64,000 nt of DNA from a virus: IMG/VR virus record IMGVR_UViG_3300008954_000029, positions 20,663-84,662 of that record; one strand, 5' to 3'. Below the pieces are notes generated by a model that saw only the letters and a program-made list of their open reading frames with translations, was not told the DNA's origin and did no database searches. Below are positions 43,711-53,310 of the stretch, piece after piece (positions within the stretch are counted from its first letter, which is position 1; every line of letters begins with the position of its first letter). The position numbers and the translations under genes were made by a program.

Positions 43711-44832
43711 CTAAGCAGTTGCCTCGGTTTCAGCCTGTTCCTCTTCAAGAGCATAGAAGTCATCAGCCTTTCCAGTCTTACTCTCAAACTTGAGGATGAC
43801 TTCCTCATCCATCAATTGGAGCACACGCTTGCGGAACTTATCATCTTGAAGCTTCTCAAGCCAACCGGCCTTCTGAAACTTATCAACACTCCCATCCTCA
43901 TAGTGAAGGCTAAACCAGGCACCAGCGTTTGTCAATTGCTCGGAGGATTTGATTGCTTCAAACCACGACTCCTCGTCGCGGATTGCTACTTCCTCGCCTC
44001 CCCAGACAATCTTGAAGGTACAGACTCGACCCTGCGTCCCGAAACGAGACTTCTCAATCTTGGCTTTAACCTCCGAACCGACACGGAACCCATTCTCATC
44101 AGTAATGAAACTGGCCTTTGCCTTTCGTCCTGTGAGCCAAATACGTAATGAATACGAGTAGTTAAGAGCCTTGCCGCCGGGGGTGAAATAAGGCGTGGTC
44201 ATCGCCTCCGCAATGTTGGAGGTAATGTTTGTCTTCAACTGATTTAGAATCAAGAGCGTTGAAGAACTATTGGCGATTGGTTGCACCAACTTGGAGAGAC
44301 CCTTGGATAAGATCCTCGGCTTCACGGCCATACTGGAAAGAGGGTTAAAGTCGCCCTCAATATCGGATTTGCTCGGAGTAAAGGCGAGGCTGTCCCAAAT
44401 AAAGAGGAACTGATTACCAGTCCCAAGGAGTTCCTCAACGTATTCCAGTACGGACTCTACGCTCGTGGCTTGAACGTAAAGGACGCTATCAACGTCACAG
44501 CCTGCCTTCTCCAGGAAAGAAGAGTCTAGGGCCGACTCAGAATCAAAATAGACCACATCAATGCCCATCTTTTGAGCGTTGGCTGCGATCTGCGATGCCA
44601 TGTAGGACTTACCCGTTGATTCCAAGCCGGCGATCTCTGCGATCTTCCCCATGGGAATGCCAGCAGACTTACCTCGGCAAATAATCGAATCAAGCCAACG
44701 CGAACCAGTGGGGATCCACTCCTTCACATCTGTTGGGTTGTCTTCGTTTAGGTTATAGGCGACACTGCCGCCTGCCTTCTTGTTAAGCAACTTTCGCATT
44801 TCTGCGATGCTGACCTTCCCTGCTTTTGTCAT
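43711..44832 (-). CDS. recA: RecA/UvsX recombinase
   Basis: IPTGS, GLESTGKS, DSE, WDS, NQ, TPGGKAL. Confidence 0.93.
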   Translation of the reverse strand: MTKAGKVSIAEMRKLLNKKAGGSVAYNLNEDNPTDVKEWIPTGSRWLDSIICRGKSAGIPMGKIAEIAGLESTGKSYMASQIAANAQKMGIDVVYFDSESALDSSFLEKAGCDVDSVLYVQATSVESVLEYVEELLGTGNQFLFIWDSLAFTPSKSDIEGDFNPLSSMAVKPRILSKGLSKLVQPIANSSSTLLILNQLKTNITSNIAEAMTTPYFTPGGKALNYSYSLRIWLTGRKAKASFITDENGFRVGSEVKAKIEKSRFGTQGRVCTFKIVWGGEEVAIRDEESWFEAIKSSEQLTNAGAWFSLHYEDGSVDKFQKAGWLEKLQDDKFRKRVLQLMDEEVILKFESKTGKADDFYALEEEQAETEATA

Positions 44833-45287
44833 CCGTCAATCCTCAAAGTTCCAACGTTAGTCTTTACGTTCGTTGACCACCCGGTAAAGAGGTTATCGGG
44901 AGCCTCCATAATGTCCGCGACAGTGGCACGAATATTCGCCTCCAAAGTCAAGAACCCTCGCTTGTAGTCGTACTGTTCCACGGTCCGGTCAATGAAATCA
45001 AACTCGTAGATGTTATCACTAATAACCTCTGCGACGTACCCATCAAACCAGCCGTCACGATCATAGCCATCCAGTTCCCCACGATCACGCAGGTCTTCCA
45101 GGGCCTCGTTCCTGAAACCGGGTGTGGTAATTACACCAGCCACAGTATCAGCGAAATCAGTATTAGCCAAAACGTCATCGACATACCCATCCCGGGCGTG
45201 GATAACATCCCCACCAACAGAATAAGTTAGTGTAAGTGTCTTGTCGTCAGGCAAATTAGCCTCTCGTAGCTTGCTTTGTAAACTCAC
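44829..45287 (-). CDS. acidic hypothetical protein, in frame with ssb
   Basis: 152 aa, GTG start with AAGGAG SD. Confidence 0.65.
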   Translation of the reverse strand: MSLQSKLREANLPDDKTLTLTYSVGGDVIHARDGYVDDVLANTDFADTVAGVITTPGFRNEALEDLRDRGELDGYDRDGWFDGYVAEVISDNIYEFDFIDRTVEQYDYKRGFLTLEANIRATVADIMEAPDNLFTGWSTNVKTNVGTLRIDG

Positions 45288-45318
45288 TTTATCTCCTTGT
45301 TTTGAAAGTTTAAAGGTT

Positions 45319-45355
45319 GAGACATCTATAACCCCATGCCTCCCTGCGGGGATTA
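45319..45355 (-). ncRNA. predicted H-type RNA pseudoknot between ssb and next gene
   Basis: S1 UAAUCCC/GGGGUUA, S2 GAGGCAU/AUGUCUC, crossing stems. Confidence 0.6.
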
Positions 45356-45359
45356 CCGA

Positions 45360-46118
45360 TTACTGCCCCAACAACTCGTTGAAGGCATCGTCTACCGAAG
45401 TAGCACCACCAGAGGCCTGCGGGCCGGTGCTGTACTGTGTAGTCTCGGTCGAAGCAGCCTCAGCGGACGCGTCCGTAGAGAGGAACTCGTCCAGCATTTG
45501 GCCCACCTCAGCGGGCGTCTTACGCTCGAAGAGATCGTCAAACACCGGGATGGATTCCAACCACTCGGTGGTCTGGCCATCGCCCTCTGTAAGCGCAGAA
45601 GACTTGCGACGGGGGGTGATCTTGGTCTGCGGGAACTGAGCGCCGGCAGGCTTACCGTAGTGGATCACCAAATCGGTGCCACTCTCAGGGTCAGTGATGT
45701 CACCGTAATCCGGATTCAGGACGAGGTTCAAGAGGTTCTGATAAACCATCTTGCCGTAGCCCCAGATCTGGACACCCTTGTCCTCCTCTCCGCGAACGAT
45801 GACGGGAGAGAAGAAGCGCTGGCGCGCCATGAGGTTCTTGGCCATCTTGATGGACTCCTCGTCACCCTCGTTGAAGAGTTGGCGAACGAACGAATCCAAC
45901 GGATCATCCTCGCCGAAGTTCTTCTTCGGAGAAAGGAACCCGGGGTTCTTACCAACGTTGTAGTGGAAAAAGAACTCCTTAAAGGGGTCACCATCTGCGG
46001 TGGGTAGAATACGAATGGTGGTTTCACCATCGTCCGGGCGCCAGAAGTTGCCCTTTCCGTTGCCGCGGTTTTCAATTGCAGCCTTCTTAGCTGCCATCTT
46101 GCTCATATCAATAGCCAT
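45360..46118 (-). CDS. single-stranded DNA-binding protein (T4 gp32-like)
   Basis: FWRP..IRILP..GVQIW.YGK..DITDP..G.DL; acidic tail VDDAFNELL. Confidence 0.88.
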   Translation of the reverse strand: MAIDMSKMAAKKAAIENRGNGKGNFWRPDDGETTIRILPTADGDPFKEFFFHYNVGKNPGFLSPKKNFGEDDPLDSFVRQLFNEGDEESIKMAKNLMARQRFFSPVIVRGEEDKGVQIWGYGKMVYQNLLNLVLNPDYGDITDPESGTDLVIHYGKPAGAQFPQTKITPRRKSSALTEGDGQTTEWLESIPVFDDLFERKTPAEVGQMLDEFLSTDASAEAASTETTQYSTGPQASGGATSVDDAFNELLGQ

Positions 46119-46181
46119 GTTTTGCCTCCTTTGTGCGCTTAGCTATAGTATGGTTGGTCAATATCCCAACCATCTGAATAC

Positions 46182-46210
46182 AGTGTATCAAACAAAATCC
46201 CCACTGTCAA
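46182..46210 (-). promoter_or_regulatory. sigma70-like promoter for ssb
   Basis: TTGACA-17-TACACT followed by hairpin ATGGTTGG/CCAACCAT (46150-46173). Confidence 0.75.
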
Positions 46211-47058
46211 GGATTATTTTCATTATTTTCTAGTTGTACTTTGGATGTGTATGCCTTGCAAAAGACATAGTCGTCTTCGTAGTCTGAGGGATAGACTGCG
46301 TATGAGACGCGTGTGTGTTCGGTGATTTTTGATTTCACCTGATTCTTTATCTTCTTAATGAGAGATCCGTCCGTTTCAAGTTTGCTTCGGTTGATAGCAT
46401 AATAATAAGTCTTTTCTCGCACCAAGTCAAGGGGGTAAAACAGGTTTTCTTCGCCTGTTTCGAAGTTCAGCGCCCCGATAGTCGCGATTCTGTTGACATC
46501 AAGCGGCTTTTGCGTGGTGCTAATTATTGGCGATGAATTGTCAAAAACGTTAATCATGTGCATGGTAGAGACAATAATGTCGTTTAGTGAATCATAGTAT
46601 TTGGCAATAGAAATGTCATCCAAAAAGTTTTCAATAACTGTATTATCCACTAAATAGACCTTTTTAAACACGCCCGATCTACCATACTCTTGCAGCACGC
46701 CGCGGAGGGCGCGCTCCTGGGCCCGGGCGGCCTGTGCTAACAATTCCAAATCGGGACGTACGTATAAAACGTTAACCGGACGTCTCTTGAGGTGCTCAAG
46801 GATCCACAAAGAAGCCCCGGGCGTATCGCCCGAGCCGGCAGTAGCAAACATCACCTCATCTTTGACGTTCTTGAAATACTCTGTTAAATCCTGAGAGTTT
46901 TCTTCGTATTCCCTAAAGGTCTCTCTTGCCTTAAGTTGATAATAGTTGAGTTGACCCTCATAGTTACTACTATCGATTTTGTAAACCTTATATTCTTCGT
47001 GCTCCCCGAAGCGAGACGCCAAGCTACAACCTGCCCCACCTAGACCTACTACGTTCAT
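46207..47058 (-). CDS. divergent tubulin/FtsZ-family protein (PhuZ/TubZ-like)
   Basis: VVGLGGAGC N-terminal loop, AGSGDTPG in place of GGGTG(S/T)G, LVDN. Confidence 0.7.
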   Translation of the reverse strand: MNVVGLGGAGCSLASRFGEHEEYKVYKIDSSNYEGQLNYYQLKARETFREYEENSQDLTEYFKNVKDEVMFATAGSGDTPGASLWILEHLKRRPVNVLYVRPDLELLAQAARAQERALRGVLQEYGRSGVFKKVYLVDNTVIENFLDDISIAKYYDSLNDIIVSTMHMINVFDNSSPIISTTQKPLDVNRIATIGALNFETGEENLFYPLDLVREKTYYYAINRSKLETDGSLIKKIKNQVKSKITEHTRVSYAVYPSDYEDDYVFCKAYTSKVQLENNENNP

Positions 47059-47366
47059 TTATCAAACACTTCTTCTAGAATAATGCGGTCCTCAAACCTG
47101 CCGCGGCTATCGGCCTTAATCTGCTTGGCGGTCTCCACATCATACAAGCTGTAACCGTAGAATTGAACGATTGCATCCACAACCTCCAAAACATCGGCCG
47201 CCTCTTCCTCGCAAACATCTTTCTTGAACTCGGCGATTTCCTCGTCCAACTTGCTCCAGAGAGCCTCTTCGTACTCTTGTTCCGTTGCAACATGCATCGA
47301 GAACTTCTTTCCCGATTTACGAATAATTGTTGGAATCTTGTCTCTGACGAGCTTGTTATACTTCAT
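47055..47366 (-). CDS. MazG-like / PRA-PH nucleotide pyrophosphohydrolase
   Basis: KLVRDKIP..KLDEEIAEF..EEAADVLEV..RGRF. Confidence 0.88.
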   Translation of the reverse strand: MKYNKLVRDKIPTIIRKSGKKFSMHVATEQEYEEALWSKLDEEIAEFKKDVCEEEAADVLEVVDAIVQFYGYSLYDVETAKQIKADSRGRFEDRIILEEVFDK

Positions 47367-48543
47367 ATCTTTTCATTTCTCCGAAGTTCTTTCCAATGCT
47401 AACATTTGTTCTGTACTCGCCAAGTTCGGTCGACGCGAACACCGATACCAGTTCGTGTAACAAACCGCGATCATCCAGCGACATGTCCAAAACCAAACTG
47501 TCGTGCATTGGAAAGGAAATAAATGTTTGCACTTCTTTTAGTATTTTATCAACTTTTACCATTTGTTTAAGCAATAAATCACTTGTTGTGCTCTGAATAA
47601 TATAATTCAACGCGTGGTGTTTGTCGCACGGAATCGTCCTACCAAAGAAGGTTGTCACTTCATCGCCAGTGAAATACTTCTCCACCACCGACTCACGGTC
47701 ATAAGTGCGATCCAATAGGCAATCTTTTGCTGCTGGATTGTACAACCACGCAAAGACTCTCTTCTTCGCCTCCTCTCGGGTCCCCATGCCTCGGAAAACG
47801 TTTTGGATGTTCCAATCGTGTAAGTCTTCTTGCGGCTGTTCTATTCCCGAGAGGGCCAAGAGGGTGCGCAACTCTGCCGCATTGAAATCTAGCTCAACAA
47901 AGCAATCATTCTTCGGTTTCAGGATCTTTCTATACGTCTTATCCATCGTCATGATGGGAAAACTGTTCTTCTTGGTTGAAAGTCGGCCTGTTTTGGTCCC
48001 GAAGAGGTTAAAATCAATATAATTGTTTGTCCGTGTCAATTTATTGACGAATTGACGCACTTTAAACTCATATAGGCGATCTTTTAGGGCATCTTCATCA
48101 ATATCAAGCTCATTTTGACGGATTTGGGCCAAAATAGCGCTCACATCCCTCAAAAAGTCGTAATTTTTGGGCTTTTCGTAAGTTTTCAGCACATATTTCG
48201 TTATTTCGTTCTTGATTTCGCAAAAATCCAACAAAAATCGCTGTGGAACAAGGTCGAAGAAGCAATTGTCGCTCAAAGAGACCTTCGATTCCCTGAAGGA
48301 GACCAGGAAAGCCTTTAACTTGGCACTTTTCTCATGCCAACCGTCCAGCAGATGTTCTGGGCACGCCTGATCAAGCGTCTGGCCGTTACAATACAGCCTA
48401 GCATACTCAATTTCGCAATCTCTCAGGAAGGACGCGTAGTCCCAAGTGCGTGTAAGGTCCTCGGGCAAGCTATCAAAGTGCAACTTGCCATCGACATACA
48501 CACCCACACAGGCACCTTTATCGTCTAAGGATTGAAAAATCAT
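47356..48543 (-). CDS. compact family-A DNA polymerase domain
   Basis: TKTGRLS, LDFNAAELR (motif A), REEAKK..FAWLY (B), NYIIQSTTSD, MHDSL (C). Confidence 0.85.
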   Translation of the reverse strand: MIFQSLDDKGACVGVYVDGKLHFDSLPEDLTRTWDYASFLRDCEIEYARLYCNGQTLDQACPEHLLDGWHEKSAKLKAFLVSFRESKVSLSDNCFFDLVPQRFLLDFCEIKNEITKYVLKTYEKPKNYDFLRDVSAILAQIRQNELDIDEDALKDRLYEFKVRQFVNKLTRTNNYIDFNLFGTKTGRLSTKKNSFPIMTMDKTYRKILKPKNDCFVELDFNAAELRTLLALSGIEQPQEDLHDWNIQNVFRGMGTREEAKKRVFAWLYNPAAKDCLLDRTYDRESVVEKYFTGDEVTTFFGRTIPCDKHHALNYIIQSTTSDLLLKQMVKVDKILKEVQTFISFPMHDSLVLDMSLDDRGLLHELVSVFASTELGEYRTNVSIGKNFGEMKRYEV

Positions 48544-48559
48544 TAATACGTTCTTATAC

Positions 48560-49768
48560 TCAGGGCTCTTCCGTTAGATTCGGTTCCCAGGACCACCATC
48601 GGTTAGGGGTTAGATCTATGACCTTCTTGTTTATCCTCTTGACGACTTCTCGTTGCCCCAATGTCGGAAGTAGCTTGAGCATCTGTCTAATCATAACCTT
48701 TCTTCTAGGCTCTGTCAAGGGAATTCCTACCTCCCTGAGCCTTAGGTTGAAATAAGTTTGGACCCAATAAGAATCAGTATACTTGTTGTTGTAGTGTTGT
48801 GCGTCCAACATTTCTCTCGGTAATAATTGTGTATCGATTGTTGGACTATTTTTACAAAACTGTGTAGTCTTCCTAGTATACCTCGGATACCTGTCATAAA
48901 AGGCCTCGTAAGAAACTTTGAAGAACTTTTTCAACAAATTTATGTCACTATTATACACAAGATCGTAGTGTGTGTCAAATATATTCGAAGCAGACCCGGG
49001 CTTAAAATGAACTCCGTAGCTAGTTGCATACTTTTGCATAAAGGGGCTGGATAAGTCCGCGACGAAGCGCCATGGCGCATTCTTGTCTATCATAAAACCA
49101 TACTCTTGCGCAGTTTTGCGAATCAATTCGAAGTTCGGATCATCTATCCAAGAGCGCTTTTTGGTCTTGTCGTCAGCATGGCTTTCGATATCCACCTCTA
49201 TCATCAGACCTCCGATGTTCGGAATGGCATACTTGGATAGCACGAAAGAACTCTTGTTTATTGGCACAAAAGGAACTCTCTCATACAAGTACCTCAGGTA
49301 ATTCTTCATATACAAATCGAAGTTCATTATCTCATCCGCCCTATTCTTTGCCAAGATGTAGGTTTCAACAAAAGTCTTATCAAGGATTTCCAAATATTGA
49401 TAATAAGTATTCGTCGCACTCTCTGCGGCTCTTGTTATTTGCATGGGTGCATAGACAGAACCACGAGTATCAACATTGCCATAGGCGACACCTCTGCGTA
49501 GTGCATCACTCATAGCGACAAAAGCATCAGTTACAAAATTCACAGCAAAGTAGGTGCCGTTCAACGATGGCAATTGTGTCATCACTGACGGTTTTGGTGT
49601 TGCAGCATTCTCCACCCTGTCTATCTTGCCGTACAGGGGCTTGTCATACCACAGATCCAAACTCCTTGGGCCGGTGGTTGGAAATGCCTTATCCTTGTAC
49701 AACTTACGAAGAATGAATGTTTCTTCAGTTCCAAGGTCGTTTGTGGCGGTTGTCAAAATTTCTGCCAT
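48560..49768 (-). CDS. hypothetical protein at end of tail/baseplate cluster
   Basis: 402 aa ORF, YGFMIDKNAPWRFVAD conserved-looking motif. Confidence 0.55.
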   Translation of the reverse strand: MAEILTTATNDLGTEETFILRKLYKDKAFPTTGPRSLDLWYDKPLYGKIDRVENAATPKPSVMTQLPSLNGTYFAVNFVTDAFVAMSDALRRGVAYGNVDTRGSVYAPMQITRAAESATNTYYQYLEILDKTFVETYILAKNRADEIMNFDLYMKNYLRYLYERVPFVPINKSSFVLSKYAIPNIGGLMIEVDIESHADDKTKKRSWIDDPNFELIRKTAQEYGFMIDKNAPWRFVADLSSPFMQKYATSYGVHFKPGSASNIFDTHYDLVYNSDINLLKKFFKVSYEAFYDRYPRYTRKTTQFCKNSPTIDTQLLPREMLDAQHYNNKYTDSYWVQTYFNLRLREVGIPLTEPRRKVMIRQMLKLLPTLGQREVVKRINKKVIDLTPNRWWSWEPNLTEEP

Positions 49769-49770
49769 AA

Positions 49771-52305
49771 TTATTCACCTTCATCTTCGACAACATCTGC
49801 CATGCGGTCTCTGAACGGCCTGGCGATCCTATAATCCGTGGACATCAAGTCCTCATCGGGATCGATAGAACTCTCCAATGGCATATGCCCGACTTCAAGT
49901 GGTACTGTCATCATCCCTCCGCCGGCCGCCCTGGCCTCGCGGAAGCCCACAACAGTCGGGGAGGCCTCCTCCGACGCGTCCTCGGTCTTGCCGAAGGTCT
50001 GCCAAGCACACTTCAAAGTGGTTGTGTATCCCCTATCTACACCAAATTCTGAGGTGACTGTTATTATATCGTAATAACCTCCCAGGCCAAGCAGTCTGGC
50101 CGTGGACGTACGACTCCTAAGACTCCCAAACCCAATCAAAGTTGGGTTAAGGTAAAGTTTTTGGCCGGGGCGAAACAAGAAAGAAGAGCCAATCAAATTG
50201 ATAGTGGCGTCGTATTTGTCCCTTAACTGACCTTCTTCTGCATCTTGCGAAGTCATCCTGGCTGCCCGCAGGTGAGGAATGTCTGTTTTAGAAAAATTGA
50301 TTGACTTTAAAATACCGCGGTCCGACCCCAAATGAAAATGGTAAATACCATCTTCCATGTCTTTCCCAACGAGGGTTGGGTCTCGGGAGACGGGTATCTC
50401 AACCGAGGCAAAGACCACAACGTATGGTTTCAACCCCGTTATTTCTTTCTTTCCGTCGAGAGACCTAACTAACTTCAACCTGTCGCCAGAATCTAGATCA
50501 ATCGTCTTAGTCGTCGAGGAGAGCGGACTAGCCAAGAAAGTTTGAATTCCTACCCGATTTCTGAATTTTAGTTTTTTATCAACACCCATGAACTCCCCAA
50601 GCGCAGCGAGGACTAGCTCGGACGTTGTGGAATTCAGAAAGCTCATGAAAGAATATGAATCCAGATTCCTTTTTCTAATATTCCTCTCAAACCAAACCTC
50701 AAAAGACTTCAAAGATATCGGAACGTCCGCCAGATTAATAATCCCCGATTCATACTTATCACCAACCTTCTTCTTGTATGTGAGGGGCCCGAGAATGACC
50801 TCAAAATCATCAAGCCCCTCCCTCTGGGCTTGGCCGGTCTCTTCAAAGTTAGACTCTATAATTTCTTTTGCAACCTGCACAAGATCTCCAAAATAAACAT
50901 AGGTCATTCTTGTGTTGCCTTTAGCCAAGGGCTTCGGGTCTGCCAGATTCATCCTCCTAGCAGTGGCGCCAAACGAACTTGCAAGCCCACTAGCAGTGGC
51001 GGCGCTTGCTGCGCGCGTCGTGGGGGTGTCTGAAGTAGGCACTGTAGTGGAGATACTAAACTCCTCTCCTCTTGCAAATTTCTCAACTTGGTCAGGCGTT
51101 AAGTCAATTATACGAATTCTGCTTTCGCCGGAGCGGGGAAGATAAAGTCTGTTTATTATCTGGGCATACTTTTGGGCTCTCAGTGGCTTTTTTAATTTTT
51201 CAACCCTTTCTTTAAGTTCTGTTATTGATTTTTGGACCTTCTCCTTGGCCTCTTTATCGTCTTCATCGAGACTTTCGCCTTCTTCTGATCTTGCCTCAAC
51301 TGCCTCCTCCAGACTATTGATGCGCTCTTGAAATTTGTTTTCCTCCGTTACTTTTAAAAGGTCATACGCCCGGGTGTCAGAAAACGCTCTTTCAAGGGCG
51401 CCCTGGTAATTACACAAAAGCACACCAGTACCATCTTGATTAAAATCAATACGATGATCAAGGAGATGTAGATAAATAAATTCTTGACTTTCCCTTAAAA
51501 CATCTTTCAACTTTTTATCAACAAGCTTCCCCTCTGGAACTGCCCAGCCGACTTGTGCCATCAACCTGAAACCAAAACGATTTGTTATTCTAGAGTAGGG
51601 AATTTCATCTCCTCTACTATCGTGTGTTTTAGCCGGGTTCTTCGTTCTTCTTAAAATCAACTCTATGTAGTCATGGTGTGAGGGGTCCTCTTGTATTGAC
51701 TGGGAGGCCAGCATTTCTATATTTTGAAAGAAGATCTCCAAGTCACACTTAACCAGGGCTCCCTCAGCCGGGTTTGTCCCCTGGGTCTCCACAGAAAAAC
51801 TTCTTATTCCAACGCCATCGCCGCGGCCCAAGCGACTTTCAGAGATAGATCCGATATCAGAATTGGTCTTATCTTCAAACTTCAGCTCAACTACTTTGTC
51901 TTTTTTTGATTTGTCACTCCCAGAATAAACCAAAAATAATCTAATGGTTGGAACAAGGGCGGCAATTTGGTACGGTTTAATTTGTAAAAATTGGTCAATC
52001 TCATCCCTTGTGGAGCGCCTCAACAGTTTGTTTAATAAAACTGCCGGTTCATTGGTTTTGACTCTCTTGATACTTTCATAATCAATGCCACTATTCTCAT
52101 TCGCAAAAAACTCCAAGTTTTGGAGGAGAAAGTTTTGAACGGCGGTGCGACGGGAGAGGGAGCGCTTAGCTGCGATGTCAGCTTCGTGGCGCTTGGCGGC
52201 TTCGAGTTGTTCGTGACTGGGAGTAAAAGGCATCACCATTGGTATTACCTCATACTCCCAGCATCCCAAGCACTCTTTCGAGAGGTAATGGGATCTGTAA
52301 ACCAT
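49771..52305 (-). CDS. putative baseplate hub protein
   Basis: position after LysM wedge gene; C-terminal LIG..FRPGQ..LGLGGYY..V.S..YTTT pattern. Confidence 0.55.
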   Translation of the reverse strand: MVYRSHYLSKECLGCWEYEVIPMVMPFTPSHEQLEAAKRHEADIAAKRSLSRRTAVQNFLLQNLEFFANENSGIDYESIKRVKTNEPAVLLNKLLRRSTRDEIDQFLQIKPYQIAALVPTIRLFLVYSGSDKSKKDKVVELKFEDKTNSDIGSISESRLGRGDGVGIRSFSVETQGTNPAEGALVKCDLEIFFQNIEMLASQSIQEDPSHHDYIELILRRTKNPAKTHDSRGDEIPYSRITNRFGFRLMAQVGWAVPEGKLVDKKLKDVLRESQEFIYLHLLDHRIDFNQDGTGVLLCNYQGALERAFSDTRAYDLLKVTEENKFQERINSLEEAVEARSEEGESLDEDDKEAKEKVQKSITELKERVEKLKKPLRAQKYAQIINRLYLPRSGESRIRIIDLTPDQVEKFARGEEFSISTTVPTSDTPTTRAASAATASGLASSFGATARRMNLADPKPLAKGNTRMTYVYFGDLVQVAKEIIESNFEETGQAQREGLDDFEVILGPLTYKKKVGDKYESGIINLADVPISLKSFEVWFERNIRKRNLDSYSFMSFLNSTTSELVLAALGEFMGVDKKLKFRNRVGIQTFLASPLSSTTKTIDLDSGDRLKLVRSLDGKKEITGLKPYVVVFASVEIPVSRDPTLVGKDMEDGIYHFHLGSDRGILKSINFSKTDIPHLRAARMTSQDAEEGQLRDKYDATINLIGSSFLFRPGQKLYLNPTLIGFGSLRSRTSTARLLGLGGYYDIITVTSEFGVDRGYTTTLKCAWQTFGKTEDASEEASPTVVGFREARAAGGGMMTVPLEVGHMPLESSIDPDEDLMSTDYRIARPFRDRMADVVEDEGE

Positions 52306-52591
52306 CGCCTAACTTTAAGTGATGTTCTGTGGGCGTCTGATTGAACCAAGCAATAACCCACCAAAGCCTTGGATCACCATAGTGCTGCTGAGCTAACTTG
52401 TAAAACCTATCTCCCGTCTTCCAAACATGGCCGATCATTTCCAAGGTCATTATTTGTTCTGTGGTCGGGTGTTTTAATGTACCAGTCCTGTATTGTTTTA
52501 TGAAATTGATGTTCCTTTTTATAAAGAAATCTTCATAAAGTTCATTATCGTTTCTGGCTATCTTTCTATTATCGTATCTCGTTATTGGCAT
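52250..52591 (-). CDS. LysM-type baseplate wedge protein (gp53/gpX-like)
   Basis: GDRFYKLAQQHYGDPRLWWVIAWFN..GD.LQIP. Confidence 0.8.
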   Translation of the reverse strand: MPITRYDNRKIARNDNELYEDFFIKRNINFIKQYRTGTLKHPTTEQIMTLEMIGHVWKTGDRFYKLAQQHYGDPRLWWVIAWFNQTPTEHHLKLGDGLQIPLPLERVLGMLGV

Positions 52592-52596
52592 CTCCG

Positions 52597-53298
52597 TTAA
52601 CTACCTCCCGTCACGGCGGTCGTGAGCGCCTCGCTGACCTTTATGTTGTTGCTAACATTGGTAGGGTCGGGCTCCCCTATGTTAAGATCAGCGCCATGTG
52701 GGAAGCCCTCTGCTCGCAATTCGGCCTCGCCATCGGGTGCAGATCTCCACCCAAGATCATGAGTGTGGAAAACATGAAAAGTGGCCTGAATGGAGATTGT
52801 CTGCGGATACATCTTGCCGTCTTGAAGGTGCACGCCAGAGTCAAGATCGGGCGTGTATCTGTAACCCGCCAAGCGACCAACAAGTCCTTCTGCGGCACCT
52901 TTCGAGGCCTCCGCGCCGTGGGCGGTGGGTTGTGAAACCAGATTAGAAAACCTCATTCGAAGAATCGGAGCGCTTGTAATAGAGTTAGCGTTACCGTAGT
53001 CTCCATAAACGGGGTAAAGAAAATTAGCCAACCTGCCTGCCCTGGCGAGATTCTCTTTGGCATCCTCCAAGGAAAATGAAACAACGTCCCATTCCATCTC
53101 TATGATTCTCTTGGTGCCTTGAAAAGTCTCAATGGGATCCATCCTACCATAAACCTCCTCGCTGCTCCAATTGGATTCAAAATTGTCAGAAAAGGAATTC
53201 AACATCCCCTTAAAACGCACAGACTTGCCAGATGGAACGTGCTGAATGTAAATCCACAGATTGTTTTTGTCAGCGTATCCTGTTGTAACATCTGCCAT
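52597..53298 (-). CDS. tail tube initiator/baseplate protein
   Basis: WSSEEVYGRMDPIETFQGTKR pattern; position after tape measure. Confidence 0.6.
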   Translation of the reverse strand: MADVTTGYADKNNLWIYIQHVPSGKSVRFKGMLNSFSDNFESNWSSEEVYGRMDPIETFQGTKRIIEMEWDVVSFSLEDAKENLARAGRLANFLYPVYGDYGNANSITSAPILRMRFSNLVSQPTAHGAEASKGAAEGLVGRLAGYRYTPDLDSGVHLQDGKMYPQTISIQATFHVFHTHDLGWRSAPDGEAELRAEGFPHGADLNIGEPDPTNVSNNIKVSEALTTAVTGGS

Positions 53299-53310
53299 TA
53301 CTTATCTCCT

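Noticed and set aside
46207-47058. Nucleus-forming (chimallin) jumbo phage inferred from tubulin
   Set aside because: No chimallin or multisubunit phage RNAP was recognised here; virion genes are T4-like and promoters are sigma70-type.
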